Source: a virus
Lineage: Duplodnaviria; Caudoviricetes
Virus record (IMG/VR): IMGVR_UViG_3300050141_000005
Span: 1 to 26,070 of that record
Strand: one strand, 5' to 3'
Length of the DNA: 26,070 nucleotides
The notes under the pieces were generated by a model. That model was not told where the DNA came from, did no database searches, and saw nothing but the letters and a program-made list of their open reading frames with translations. The position numbers were made by a program, and so were the translations under genes. Of this stretch, positions 16,134 through 24,173 are shown one piece after another; position 1 is the first letter of the stretch, and the number at the start of each line of letters is the position of its first letter.

Positions 16134-18605
16134 TTAGTTCGGGTTTCCTTCAACCATGTAATTGAAAGTCTGAGCACCTGAGTTCGCGTAGGTGATCGTG
16201 AATCCTGTGTTGGTCGAAGACGAAAGGTAGAATGCACCTGCGTTCGTTGTCGGGGTTACAACCACGGTCGGCGTGGAGTTGTACTGATTAGCGTAGCTGT
16301 ATGACACCGTGGTGCCGCTAGAGGAAGTGATGCTGCCCTGCGAGTCGGCGACGCCGTTGATAATGTGACCCTTATTATTGACTGTGAACTTCGATGTACC
16401 GCCCACCTGAAGGTCGAGCAGCGCACCTGTTCCGCCGACTGCTGTTTCCGTTGGATTTACCAGCAATGCGGTGTAATTGCCGGTCGCTTGCTGAGATGCA
16501 GTAACACCGGACAGAGCCGTGCTGCTGACGTTGGCGTTTGTGATGTTCAGCTTCAGCTGCGTCGTGGTCGGAGTTCCACTAACCGTCCATGTGCCGTTGA
16601 GGAATGCGTTGCCGCCCGTGGCACCAGCGATAGTGACGGAGCCAGTGTTAGAGAATGCCTGCGTCATCGTTGGCAGCACGAACGTTGCCACGTTGCTCGT
16701 GACTGAGTAGCTGCTTGGGGAAGATGTATTGAGCAACTGGTTGATGATCGGATCGATCTTCACGCATTGGAAGTTTGCTGTTCCAACAACAGGGGCGAAC
16801 GTGAATGTGCCAGTGACACCAGTTCCAGCGTTACGCCCGATTTCCAAGCCAACCTGCGTTCCGCTGATTGCGGTCAGGCTCACGCCGTTGGCGTTGCCGA
16901 TTGCTACGCAAGGATAAGTGGTTCCTGTTGTCGTCCAGCCTTGAACGAATATCGGATAATTCTGGTTGCTGGTGCCAAGCTGCAAGCCAAACGGAGCCGC
17001 GCCGCCTGATCCCCATGCGACGTAGCCTTCGGTGTAGCTACCGTTCTGCATGGTGAACTCAACAGAGCCGCCGTTGTTATTCACGTCCAGCACGATACCG
17101 TTGCCCACTGGTGCGGTGATATATCCGGGAATGACCAAGTAAGGGATGCCAGTCGAACCCGTATGCGAAATGATGAGAGCAGAATTAGGATTCGGTCCAG
17201 TGGGAGCCGCATTGACCGTTCCGATCTTGGTGGTGCCTGTCTGAATTGTCCATGAGTCTGTACCAGAAGCATCGTTGGTGCCTGTGCCGTATGTACCTGC
17301 AAGGATGAGAGCGGGCGAATGAACTACGGTTGAACTGATTGCTGTCGCTGCGTGTGTTTCATTCACACCAGAGGCGTTCGCGACCGTGAATGAGTTGGTG
17401 GTTGATGCCGTGATGATAAAAGTGCCGTTGTTCCCGGCATTCGTAAATCCGGCGATGGTGACGGAAGCATCGACCCAAGCATTGCCCGCCGCTCCCGACT
17501 GGCTGGCGAAAGCATAGACAACGTTGCTTCCAGACACAGTGGCTTGCGTCAAAGCCAGAGATGTAGCGGAGCCAGTGACGGTCGGGGCGGTGTTTTGAAG
17601 AATCTCGTTACCGCTCGTGGTCGCAGTGCCAAGCGTCGTCGTAGAGCTACCTGTGAAAATCAGGTTGCCTGAAAATGTAGCAGCGCCTGAGAATGTGCCA
17701 GAACCGAGTCCCGCGCCGGAAGCAAACGTAGGCGTTCCGCTGAAATTCGGATTGCCGCTCAGCGTGGTGACTGCTGCGGTCGGTATTGTTGCAGTGCCAG
17801 TAAAGCTCGGACCTGCCAACGGCGCCAGCAGCGCTTCAGCCGCTTCAGCACGCGAGGTTTCAGTTGCTACGGCAGCCGTTGCAAAGCTTTCCGCGTTCGA
17901 CTGTGCCGTTGCCGCAGCGCCAGAAGCGTCGGCGCCAACCATTGCTGCGGTGATACCACTCACGGTGCCTGTGAATGTCGGACTGGCTTTCGGAGCGAGC
18001 AGCGCTTCGGCGCTCTCAGCGCGGGACGTTTCAGTTGCTATAGCCGATGTTGCGAAACTCCCAGCAGCAGACAGCGCAGATGCAGCAGAGCCATAAGCAT
18101 CGAATGCTGCATCGAACGAGGTCTCTAGCGCGGAGACGAGCGCCGAATAGTTCAGAGCAAACTTGACGTTGCCAGCCGAGGGATTGCTGGCGGCAATGTA
18201 CGTTCCATCCCCTTCAAAGTTGATCGTGCTGTCAGAACTGAGCGTAGAGCCATTCGCTTCAAAGTTGGTGCTCTGCGCTGTCGCTGCCCATACTGGCAAG
18301 CCATTGACGACGGTGAGCACCTCACCTGACGTTCCAATCGGCAAGCGGGCTGCTCCAAGCGACGGATCTTCATAAATCAAATCGCCAGCAGCCAGCATCG
18401 GGCTGATGAAGCCCGTGGCGCCGATCTGAACCATGGCCGTGCCATTCCACATGTACAAGAAGCCGCTATCTGTGCAGAAGAATGGAATTCCTGACTGTAC
18501 ATCTACGACTGGAACATTCAGAGCAGCAGCGATTCCCTCCGCCGAAGAAGGAAGGTCAGCAGCAGCGCCGTTAGCCAGAACGATAAGTGCGTCAATAATA
18601 GGCAT
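16134..18605 (-). CDS. fibre-like virion protein
   Basis: 823 aa, Ala/Gly/Ser/Thr-rich; fibre-type repeats AP(K/L)A(S/G)P(T/S)FTGT; C-terminus YNSTPTVVVTP...STNTGFTI...FNYMVEG resembles a fibre tip domain. Confidence 0.75.
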   Translation of the reverse strand: MPIIDALIVLANGAAADLPSSAEGIAAALNVPVVDVQSGIPFFCTDSGFLYMWNGTAMVQIGATGFISPMLAAGDLIYEDPSLGAARLPIGTSGEVLTVVNGLPVWAATAQSTNFEANGSTLSSDSTINFEGDGTYIAASNPSAGNVKFALNYSALVSALETSFDAAFDAYGSAASALSAAGSFATSAIATETSRAESAEALLAPKASPTFTGTVSGITAAMVGADASGAAATAQSNAESFATAAVATETSRAEAAEALLAPLAGPSFTGTATIPTAAVTTLSGNPNFSGTPTFASGAGLGSGTFSGAATFSGNLIFTGSSTTTLGTATTSGNEILQNTAPTVTGSATSLALTQATVSGSNVVYAFASQSGAAGNAWVDASVTIAGFTNAGNNGTFIITASTTNSFTVANASGVNETHAATAISSTVVHSPALILAGTYGTGTNDASGTDSWTIQTGTTKIGTVNAAPTGPNPNSALIISHTGSTGIPYLVIPGYITAPVGNGIVLDVNNNGGSVEFTMQNGSYTEGYVAWGSGGAAPFGLQLGTSNQNYPIFVQGWTTTGTTYPCVAIGNANGVSLTAISGTQVGLEIGRNAGTGVTGTFTFAPVVGTANFQCVKIDPIINQLLNTSSPSSYSVTSNVATFVLPTMTQAFSNTGSVTIAGATGGNAFLNGTWTVSGTPTTTQLKLNITNANVSSTALSGVTASQQATGNYTALLVNPTETAVGGTGALLDLQVGGTSKFTVNNKGHIINGVADSQGSITSSSGTTVSYSYANQYNSTPTVVVTPTTNAGAFYLSSSTNTGFTITYANSGAQTFNYMVEGNPN
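17800..18060 (-). repeat. two-copy 57-aa-period coding repeat
   Basis: ATETSRAE(S/A)AEALLAP.A.P.FTGT at about 18000-18041 and 17829-17870, 171 nt apart. Confidence 0.85.
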
Positions 18606-19072
18606 TAAAATGATCCGCCTTCGATAATGGTCGTGAGGTCAGGAGCAGGGGCAATAGAGATGGCAGCGTCGTAGTACCAAACGCGAAATTGCAGCAGAGC
18701 GCGATACACGAAACCTTTGCCGCTGCCCTCTTCATACGGCATGTCCCAATCCTTTTCGGTCAACACCGCAGCCACCGCCGTAGAGTTCACATCAGGGAGA
18801 TTGCCCCTGTACGATTCCAGCAACTGCCGAACTGCCAAAGCAATGGAACGGCTCGTGTAATAGTCCGTCGCATAACAGTCAACCTGAAACAGCGCAGAGC
18901 GCATTCCTGTTGCGCCGTTCATGGTGTAAACATCGGTTGTGGCGACACGAGACAAAACGATGTACGGGACGGCCACGCCTTTTGGCGCAAGAATCCAGTA
19001 CACGCCATTGCTGAGCGCATCAATGGAGGTGTCTGCATTCACGAGTTCGTAGATGCCCTGTTCTACCGCCAT
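18605..19072 (-). CDS. tail terminator protein (DUF3168-like)
   Basis: VYWILAP...PYIVLSRV...FQVDCYA...IALAVRQLL motifs. Confidence 0.85.
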   Translation of the reverse strand: MAVEQGIYELVNADTSIDALSNGVYWILAPKGVAVPYIVLSRVATTDVYTMNGATGMRSALFQVDCYATDYYTSRSIALAVRQLLESYRGNLPDVNSTAVAAVLTEKDWDMPYEEGSGKGFVYRALLQFRVWYYDAAISIAPAPDLTTIIEGGSF

Positions 19073-19461
19073 TAGTTGCCTGTCCCTGCTGTGACCGTGT
19101 CGTCAGTCACGAATGTCCAGATGTGAAGCTCAACCTGCTGGCCGTCTGGATCGTAGAAACTGTCAATGTTGTGAAGCTGTGACCGCACCAGAATCTGCAT
19201 CCCGCCATCTAGCGAGTAAGTCTTCGGGTAGCGCACCACGATCTTGTAAGCTGAAATGCCAACGCGATCCTGAGTCTTGTCTACTTCACGACTTCGCCAC
19301 GGCGATACATTCGCGTGAATGTTCTGTGCCACAGTCGCCGGAGCATTCGGCGTTCCGTCCGCCGCCTGTCCCGCGTTCGGGTTCTGAATCGCGATGTACG
19401 AATTGAACGCGCTGGACGGCAAGTAGCGAACATTCGTTGACAGCTTTTTCGGTAAGCTCAT
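19072..19461 (-). CDS. head closure/stopper protein
   Basis: IAIQ...ANVSP...E...YKIVVRY...MQI...NI...DPDG...L pattern; position after the adaptor gene. Confidence 0.82.
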   Translation of the reverse strand: MSLPKKLSTNVRYLPSSAFNSYIAIQNPNAGQAADGTPNAPATVAQNIHANVSPWRSREVDKTQDRVGISAYKIVVRYPKTYSLDGGMQILVRSQLHNIDSFYDPDGQQVELHIWTFVTDDTVTAGTGN

Positions 19462-20472
19462 TTATCGGGGCACCCTGTATGTACGGAAGGCGCTCAGCAT
19501 CAAGCAAAGCGTGTGGAAGACTTCGCTGGTCGGTTCGACAGTGACGATTGAACGGTTTTCCCACATGTGATTGGCGAGATACATCACGGCCATCTGCAAC
19601 CGTGCGTCTACGGAAGAGGGCGTAGAAGTATTGCCAGCCCAATAAGAAATCTGGATGCAATCCTGACGGCGGTCAGTCAACGGCCACCAGTTGCCAACGG
19701 CCAAGCAAATCTTGTCGTACATGACCGAATAATTCGTCGTGTTCCAAGTCTGCAAGATGCCATTTTGGTCGTAATAAGTAATGAGGCACGGATTCGACCA
19801 CACTTGCGCAGTTCCGGTGTCAGCGTTGTTCGTGTACGTCTGCGGAACCATTTGGTTTCCGCTCTCAAGGTTGTAGAAGTTGAAAGCAGCAGTAAACTGA
19901 GTGGCGCTTGCCGTCAGCACGGTCAGCGGAGCGCCATTCAAAAAGGGAATCGTGCTGGGCGTGGTCGTCGGGTTGTAAACATTACCCTCGGCCGTACCAG
20001 CAATCACCACTACGTTGCCTTCCGCAAAATCATTGTCACAAGTCACTGTGACAACGTTTCCAGCAACGGAAACAGCCGTGATGTTGGCTGCGGTGCCAGT
20101 CAGCTTCGGAACCTGTACGGGACGGCGGACAAGCTCGATGCTGTCTTTCGTAGGAAATCCCCACCACCACCACGGGGTAATTGCGAAAGCGTAAGTCAGT
20201 TCATATTGCAAAAAGTTGCGAGGGTCTTGCGTGTTTGGGAAGAAGTCGAGCGTCAGGAGAATCTGCTCCGTCTGGCACGCGGTCTGCGCCATGATCTCGA
20301 CCTGCTCCGTCGCAGCTTGAATGAACACCTCAAGAAGCGAGTAGTCGTCAGTCTGCGTGGCCGGGGAACTTCCAGAGATGTACTGCTGCGGAACATCAAA
20401 GCGCCCAAATGCAGCAAGACGCTCAGGCGTGATGACAGGGTTCTCGGCGTAGGTGAGAGTCTTCTGATACAT
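19462..20472 (-). CDS. head-tail adaptor (HK97 gp6-like) with internal insertion
   Basis: DDYSLLEVFIQAATEQVE...Q...LTLDFFP at the N-terminus; LQMAVMYLANHMWENRS...LSAFR at the C-terminus. Confidence 0.85.
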   Translation of the reverse strand: MYQKTLTYAENPVITPERLAAFGRFDVPQQYISGSSPATQTDDYSLLEVFIQAATEQVEIMAQTACQTEQILLTLDFFPNTQDPRNFLQYELTYAFAITPWWWWGFPTKDSIELVRRPVQVPKLTGTAANITAVSVAGNVVTVTCDNDFAEGNVVVIAGTAEGNVYNPTTTPSTIPFLNGAPLTVLTASATQFTAAFNFYNLESGNQMVPQTYTNNADTGTAQVWSNPCLITYYDQNGILQTWNTTNYSVMYDKICLAVGNWWPLTDRRQDCIQISYWAGNTSTPSSVDARLQMAVMYLANHMWENRSIVTVEPTSEVFHTLCLMLSAFRTYRVPR

Positions 20473-21401
20473 TACTTTCTCTTCTCCAACTGAATCTGCT
20501 TCAAGCGAATCGAGTAATCGACCTCATTCTTCGCCTTGCCACGTTGCGATACTTCGATCCCATGCTCTTTGCAGAGGCGGAGCAGCTTTGCATACGCCTC
20601 ATCTTTGTGCGAGGCAGGGATAACCTCATCCTGATCGAAGCGAGCCAGCGCATCGCGCAGATGGCTCTTCGTTTTTTCATCAGACGAGAAATGCCAGGGG
20701 AGAGACCAAGTGCTGGTATCGTCCGCGTTACCGACGTAAACGAAGTCACCGGCGGTGAGGTGCTCACCGTCTACTTCGCGGGTCTTGACGACGTTTTTCA
20801 GTTCCTCAGGAATGTGCTTGAACTGAAATGGGGACAGGTCAAAATGGTTTGCAATAGCAGAGTCTTTGCCAATAGCAGTTGCAAAGTTCTTAGCTACAGC
20901 ATCTTTCGGATCAAACCATGTTTCGACCGCCAGCATTGCAAGTACGTCCTTTTTTGCAGTGCCTGTGCGCGTTGCATAGATGTCTGCAAGAGAACCTGTC
21001 ACCGTTTCGAGAGTGTCCGCCATCTTCAGCATGGTTGCTCTATCGCCCATTGCCATTGCTTGCGCTTCATGAATCATCATGACGCTGCCTTGATTCATAG
21101 TGATCGTGTCACCAGCCATCGCGATAATAGAAGCAGCAGAAGCAGCCATTCCATCAACGATTACGTTGATCGGCTTGCTGCACGCGCGGAGCAGGTTGTA
21201 GATAGCTACTCCAGCAAAAGCATCACCGCCGGGGGAATTCAAACGCAGCGTAATAGCTGTGTAGTCTCCATGAGACAGAGCCTCAGTCACCGCTTTGGGA
21301 GTGATGCCCTCACCAAAGAAGTCTTCACCGATGGCATCATAAAATGCCAGAGTCAGTGTGTTTCCGTCCTGCACTGCGTTGAAAAACTTATTCTTATTCA
21401 C
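20472..21401 (-). CDS. ClpP-type head maturation protease with C-terminal DUF6582-like domain
   Basis: LNSPGGD...AIYN...VDGMAASAASIIAMAGD...MMIHE; likely GTG start at 21401 overlapping the upstream TGA; C-terminus DFVYV...LP...HLRDALARFDQ...EHGIEV. Confidence 0.9.
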   Translation of the reverse strand: MNKNKFFNAVQDGNTLTLAFYDAIGEDFFGEGITPKAVTEALSHGDYTAITLRLNSPGGDAFAGVAIYNLLRACSKPINVIVDGMAASAASIIAMAGDTITMNQGSVMMIHEAQAMAMGDRATMLKMADTLETVTGSLADIYATRTGTAKKDVLAMLAVETWFDPKDAVAKNFATAIGKDSAIANHFDLSPFQFKHIPEELKNVVKTREVDGEHLTAGDFVYVGNADDTSTWSLPWHFSSDEKTKSHLRDALARFDQDEVIPASHKDEAYAKLLRLCKEHGIEVSQRGKAKNEVDYSIRLKQIQLEKRK

Positions 21402-22024
21402 TGTTGCACCCTTCTTGCTTCTAAAAGTTGTGCTCTGCGCACAGGGTCTGCCCACACAGCCTTTAATCTAGCGGCTGCTGCCTTCTTTCTTTCATCTGTG
21501 AAGCCGTCTACACGTGCCTTATGGTGTCGCTCTCTTATCTCTGGATCTTCCCAGCTAGCAGCAATTGCACGCTTGTGCTTTGCACGGCGTTCTAGTGGAG
21601 CACCAAGCCATGTGTTTGTGCGGCGAACCTTAGCAAGAGCGCTCAACTTGTTGCGTGTATCGTCAGAATGCGTTCTGCCGAGGCTGGTTTCACTGATTTT
21701 CTGCCTATGCTTGTCCGTATACACGTAACCTGCTGTGCCTTCACCCCCATCGGTCAGGTTGTAACCATTGGGAGCTTTCGTGTTCAGTGCAGCGATCCAA
21801 ATCTTTTCAAGTTCAAGAGCTTCATCAGGCGTGCAGCCAGCATCTATCTGCTCAATAGTGAAATGCTCAGGTCCGTACTTCTCGATTGCATTTCTGAGAT
21901 AAGAAGCATTTCCTTTTCCGCCGAGATGCTGCTCAAAGCGCTCCTCAACTGATTTCCCAGATGGGCAGCAGCCGACATACTGCATCAGAGTCAGCAAACA
22001 CGTAATCAAATAGACTGGACACAC
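21398..22024 (-). CDS. free-standing GIY-YIG homing endonuclease with NUMOD3-like motifs
   Basis: VYLIT...YVG...RFEQH...AIEKYG...E..WI...GYNLTDGGEG; HSDDTRNKLS repeats. Confidence 0.88.
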   Translation of the reverse strand: MCPVYLITCLLTLMQYVGCCPSGKSVEERFEQHLGGKGNASYLRNAIEKYGPEHFTIEQIDAGCTPDEALELEKIWIAALNTKAPNGYNLTDGGEGTAGYVYTDKHRQKISETSLGRTHSDDTRNKLSALAKVRRTNTWLGAPLERRAKHKRAIAASWEDPEIRERHHKARVDGFTDERKKAAAARLKAVWADPVRRAQLLEARRVQQ

Positions 22025-22038
22025 TCTTAAAGTTCTCC

Positions 22039-22062
22039 CTCACTGTGTCTGAAAACCTGTTA
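22039..22062 (-). promoter_or_regulatory. motif B copy
   Basis: Minus strand TAACAGGTTTTCAGACACAGTGAG. Confidence 0.55.
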
Positions 22063-23688
22063 CGCTTCTTCACCCATCACTAAACTGATGAGGGCAATGC
22101 GCGCTTCTTCATCAGTTATGTCTTTGCGCTTAGAGCAATACTTGGTAGCTGCTTCTAAACTGCAATCAAGGACTTCACGCACAAACGACGGCGTGGCTGC
22201 TCCTGACTTCTGTTCCTTGCGCAGAATGCGTTCAGCTAATGAATTTGCAATGGCTGCCAGCCGTGTCTTCACTTTGGCGGTCGGAGCATCATCACCGTCA
22301 GAATCTGGCTCATCTTCTTCTGCCGGAGGCGGAAGAGTGTCAGCAGCGGCGCCTGGAGTGGGCTGCAACTGTCCGGGGATGAACCATTCCTGCTTATCAA
22401 TATCAAAGACACTGGAGTTGGCAGCCACTACAAGAACATCGCCGCCTTCGATGTAATCGCGGTCCTCACTGGCGCGAGCTTCGTTCAGTGTCATCTGCCC
22501 AGAAGCAATGAGAACTTGGTTCGTCTTAGCGCGGTCATCAGGCGAGCCGTACAGGATCACATCCGCAAAATGTTTGGCGTACTTCGTGCTCCACTCTGCT
22601 TTCGGAATCAGGTCGCGCTTGATCGTCTGCTCAATTACCGTCGTATACGGAAGAATCGAGGTGTGGAAATACTCTCCAAGAAAAGCAGAACTGGATGCAT
22701 ACGTGCTGTTCTGCGCTCCCAGACCCAACTTCACTACCAACGGCGCACCGCCGAACATCCGCGCGACTTCCTCTTCATTCCACTTCCGCGACTCAAGTAG
22801 CTGCGACTCTTGCGGATTGAACGTCATCTTCTCGAACTTAGCGCCTCCCGGAAGCAGCGTGAACTTGCCAGCGTTCTGTGAACCAGAAAAGTCTTTCTTG
22901 AGACGGTCAACCGTGTTTTGCGCCTGCTCTTCAGTTATCGTAGAGTCGGCTGGAACTGAAATAAAACCACCCATACCGAGACCGTTGGCAAAGTTGCGCC
23001 CTGCATATTCTTCTGCGGCAATCAAAACGCTTATGGCTTCTTTGCCGAGCGCGATCAGAGATGCACCTTCAACGCCAATTCCTAAGTGATTGTGAGAAGT
23101 CGCGTGCCAAAGATCGCTCTGATAAAACTTCAGTGGAACGCCGTGATCGCCGTAGTAGTGCCAGCACAGAACGGGAACAGTTTGCCCTGTGCGTACGTCT
23201 TTCTGCGGATTAGGACCGCCAGTAAAATCCCACTTTACCGACATCGACCAAGCATCGAGCGGGATGAGTTCGACAACATCACCCTTCTGGTCTATGATCT
23301 TCTGGCAAAAACAGTTGCCATTCATAATCAACTGGCTGGCTAAGAACCAGCGCAACTGAAAGCTCGTCTGCCAGCGGTTTGGGATGTCCTTCAAGAGTGA
23401 ATAGAGCGGATCACTGATCGCATGCTGCCTTCGCTGATGACCACCTACTGTGGTAGTCTCGTGCAGAATCAACGGAAGTTTGGCGATGTCATTTGCCAGC
23501 GTCTTTACAGAAGAGAGAACAGCGGCAACGCGGATCGCGGTCTCACGAGTAACTGGCTTTCCCGCAGCAGCGGGGAAACCGAGAAGTGCCTGTATCAAAT
23601 CGGCAGACGGAGCAGCCAGCGTAGAGGCGCCGCTATTGCGGAAGGTATGTGATGGCTGGGTATTCAGATTGAGTGAGGTTAGAGGCAT
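22060..23688 (-). CDS. HK97-family portal protein
   Basis: AVLSSVKTLANDIAKLP...PNRWQT...GSQNAGK..LL.GG..F...QESQLLESRK...MTLNEARASE motifs. Confidence 0.95.
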   Translation of the reverse strand: MPLTSLNLNTQPSHTFRNSGASTLAAPSADLIQALLGFPAAAGKPVTRETAIRVAAVLSSVKTLANDIAKLPLILHETTTVGGHQRRQHAISDPLYSLLKDIPNRWQTSFQLRWFLASQLIMNGNCFCQKIIDQKGDVVELIPLDAWSMSVKWDFTGGPNPQKDVRTGQTVPVLCWHYYGDHGVPLKFYQSDLWHATSHNHLGIGVEGASLIALGKEAISVLIAAEEYAGRNFANGLGMGGFISVPADSTITEEQAQNTVDRLKKDFSGSQNAGKFTLLPGGAKFEKMTFNPQESQLLESRKWNEEEVARMFGGAPLVVKLGLGAQNSTYASSSAFLGEYFHTSILPYTTVIEQTIKRDLIPKAEWSTKYAKHFADVILYGSPDDRAKTNQVLIASGQMTLNEARASEDRDYIEGGDVLVVAANSSVFDIDKQEWFIPGQLQPTPGAAADTLPPPAEEDEPDSDGDDAPTAKVKTRLAAIANSLAERILRKEQKSGAATPSFVREVLDCSLEAATKYCSKRKDITDEEARIALISLVMGEEA

Positions 23689-24137
23689 GTGTCTCCATCA
23701 TCGGTGGACGCGGGAGCCGTTGCGGGCAAGTAGCGCTCAATGGAGCACTGCTCATATAGCGGCTCAATAACCCCTTCGGACTCGTCCTCCTCTAACAGCG
23801 TGGCGCTCTCATCCTGAAGAGCTTGCTGGAGCGGGTCGTAGCCATAAAGAATGCGTTGGCGCCCGAGCTTTTCACCCCGCGACACACCGAACCCAAGTCG
23901 TTCAAGGTATTTATCCCAGTAAAAATAAGCGCATTCTGCCCACGTACCCTTTGGCGGCTTTGTTGCTTTGCGGGGCACTCCACGATGGGTATTAGTCAAT
24001 GAAGCGCGACGCAGAATCCGACCCACAGAACCCTGCGTGATACCGAACACCCGCCCAATGTCTGTTTGAATTGCTTCAGGATGCTGCTGGGCGTACTGTT
24101 CAACTGCTTTGTGATCTACTTTGCGTGCTCTCGACAT
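23679..24137 (-). CDS. helix-turn-helix DNA-binding protein
   Basis: QTDIGRVFGITQGSVGRIL HTH; AGGAG RBS. Confidence 0.7.
   Translation of the reverse strand: MSRARKVDHKAVEQYAQQHPEAIQTDIGRVFGITQGSVGRILRRASLTNTHRGVPRKATKPPKGTWAECAYFYWDKYLERLGFGVSRGEKLGRQRILYGYDPLQQALQDESATLLEEDESEGVIEPLYEQCSIERYLPATAPASTDDGDTCL
23753..23767 (-). promoter_or_regulatory. motif A copy 3 (core), 65 bp upstream of the portal start
   Basis: CATATAGCGGCTCAA identical to 15447-15461. Confidence 0.5.
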
Positions 24138-24173
24138 AGGACTCCTCTCATGATTACTAAAAAGGTGTGACAG

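Noticed and set aside
7640-17560. Diversity-generating retroelement template/variable repeat pair
   Set aside because: Both similar segments are coding, the differences are not adenine-specific, and no reverse transcriptase is present.
19567-20493. 308-aa plus-strand ORF
   Set aside because: Antisense to the well-supported head-tail adaptor gene.
20544-21728. 394-aa plus-strand ORF
   Set aside because: Antisense shadow of the protease and GIY-YIG genes; no recognisable motifs.
21398-22060. Group I intron around the GIY-YIG gene
   Set aside because: The flanking genes are intact and the intergenic gap is only 35 bp, too small for a ribozyme core.
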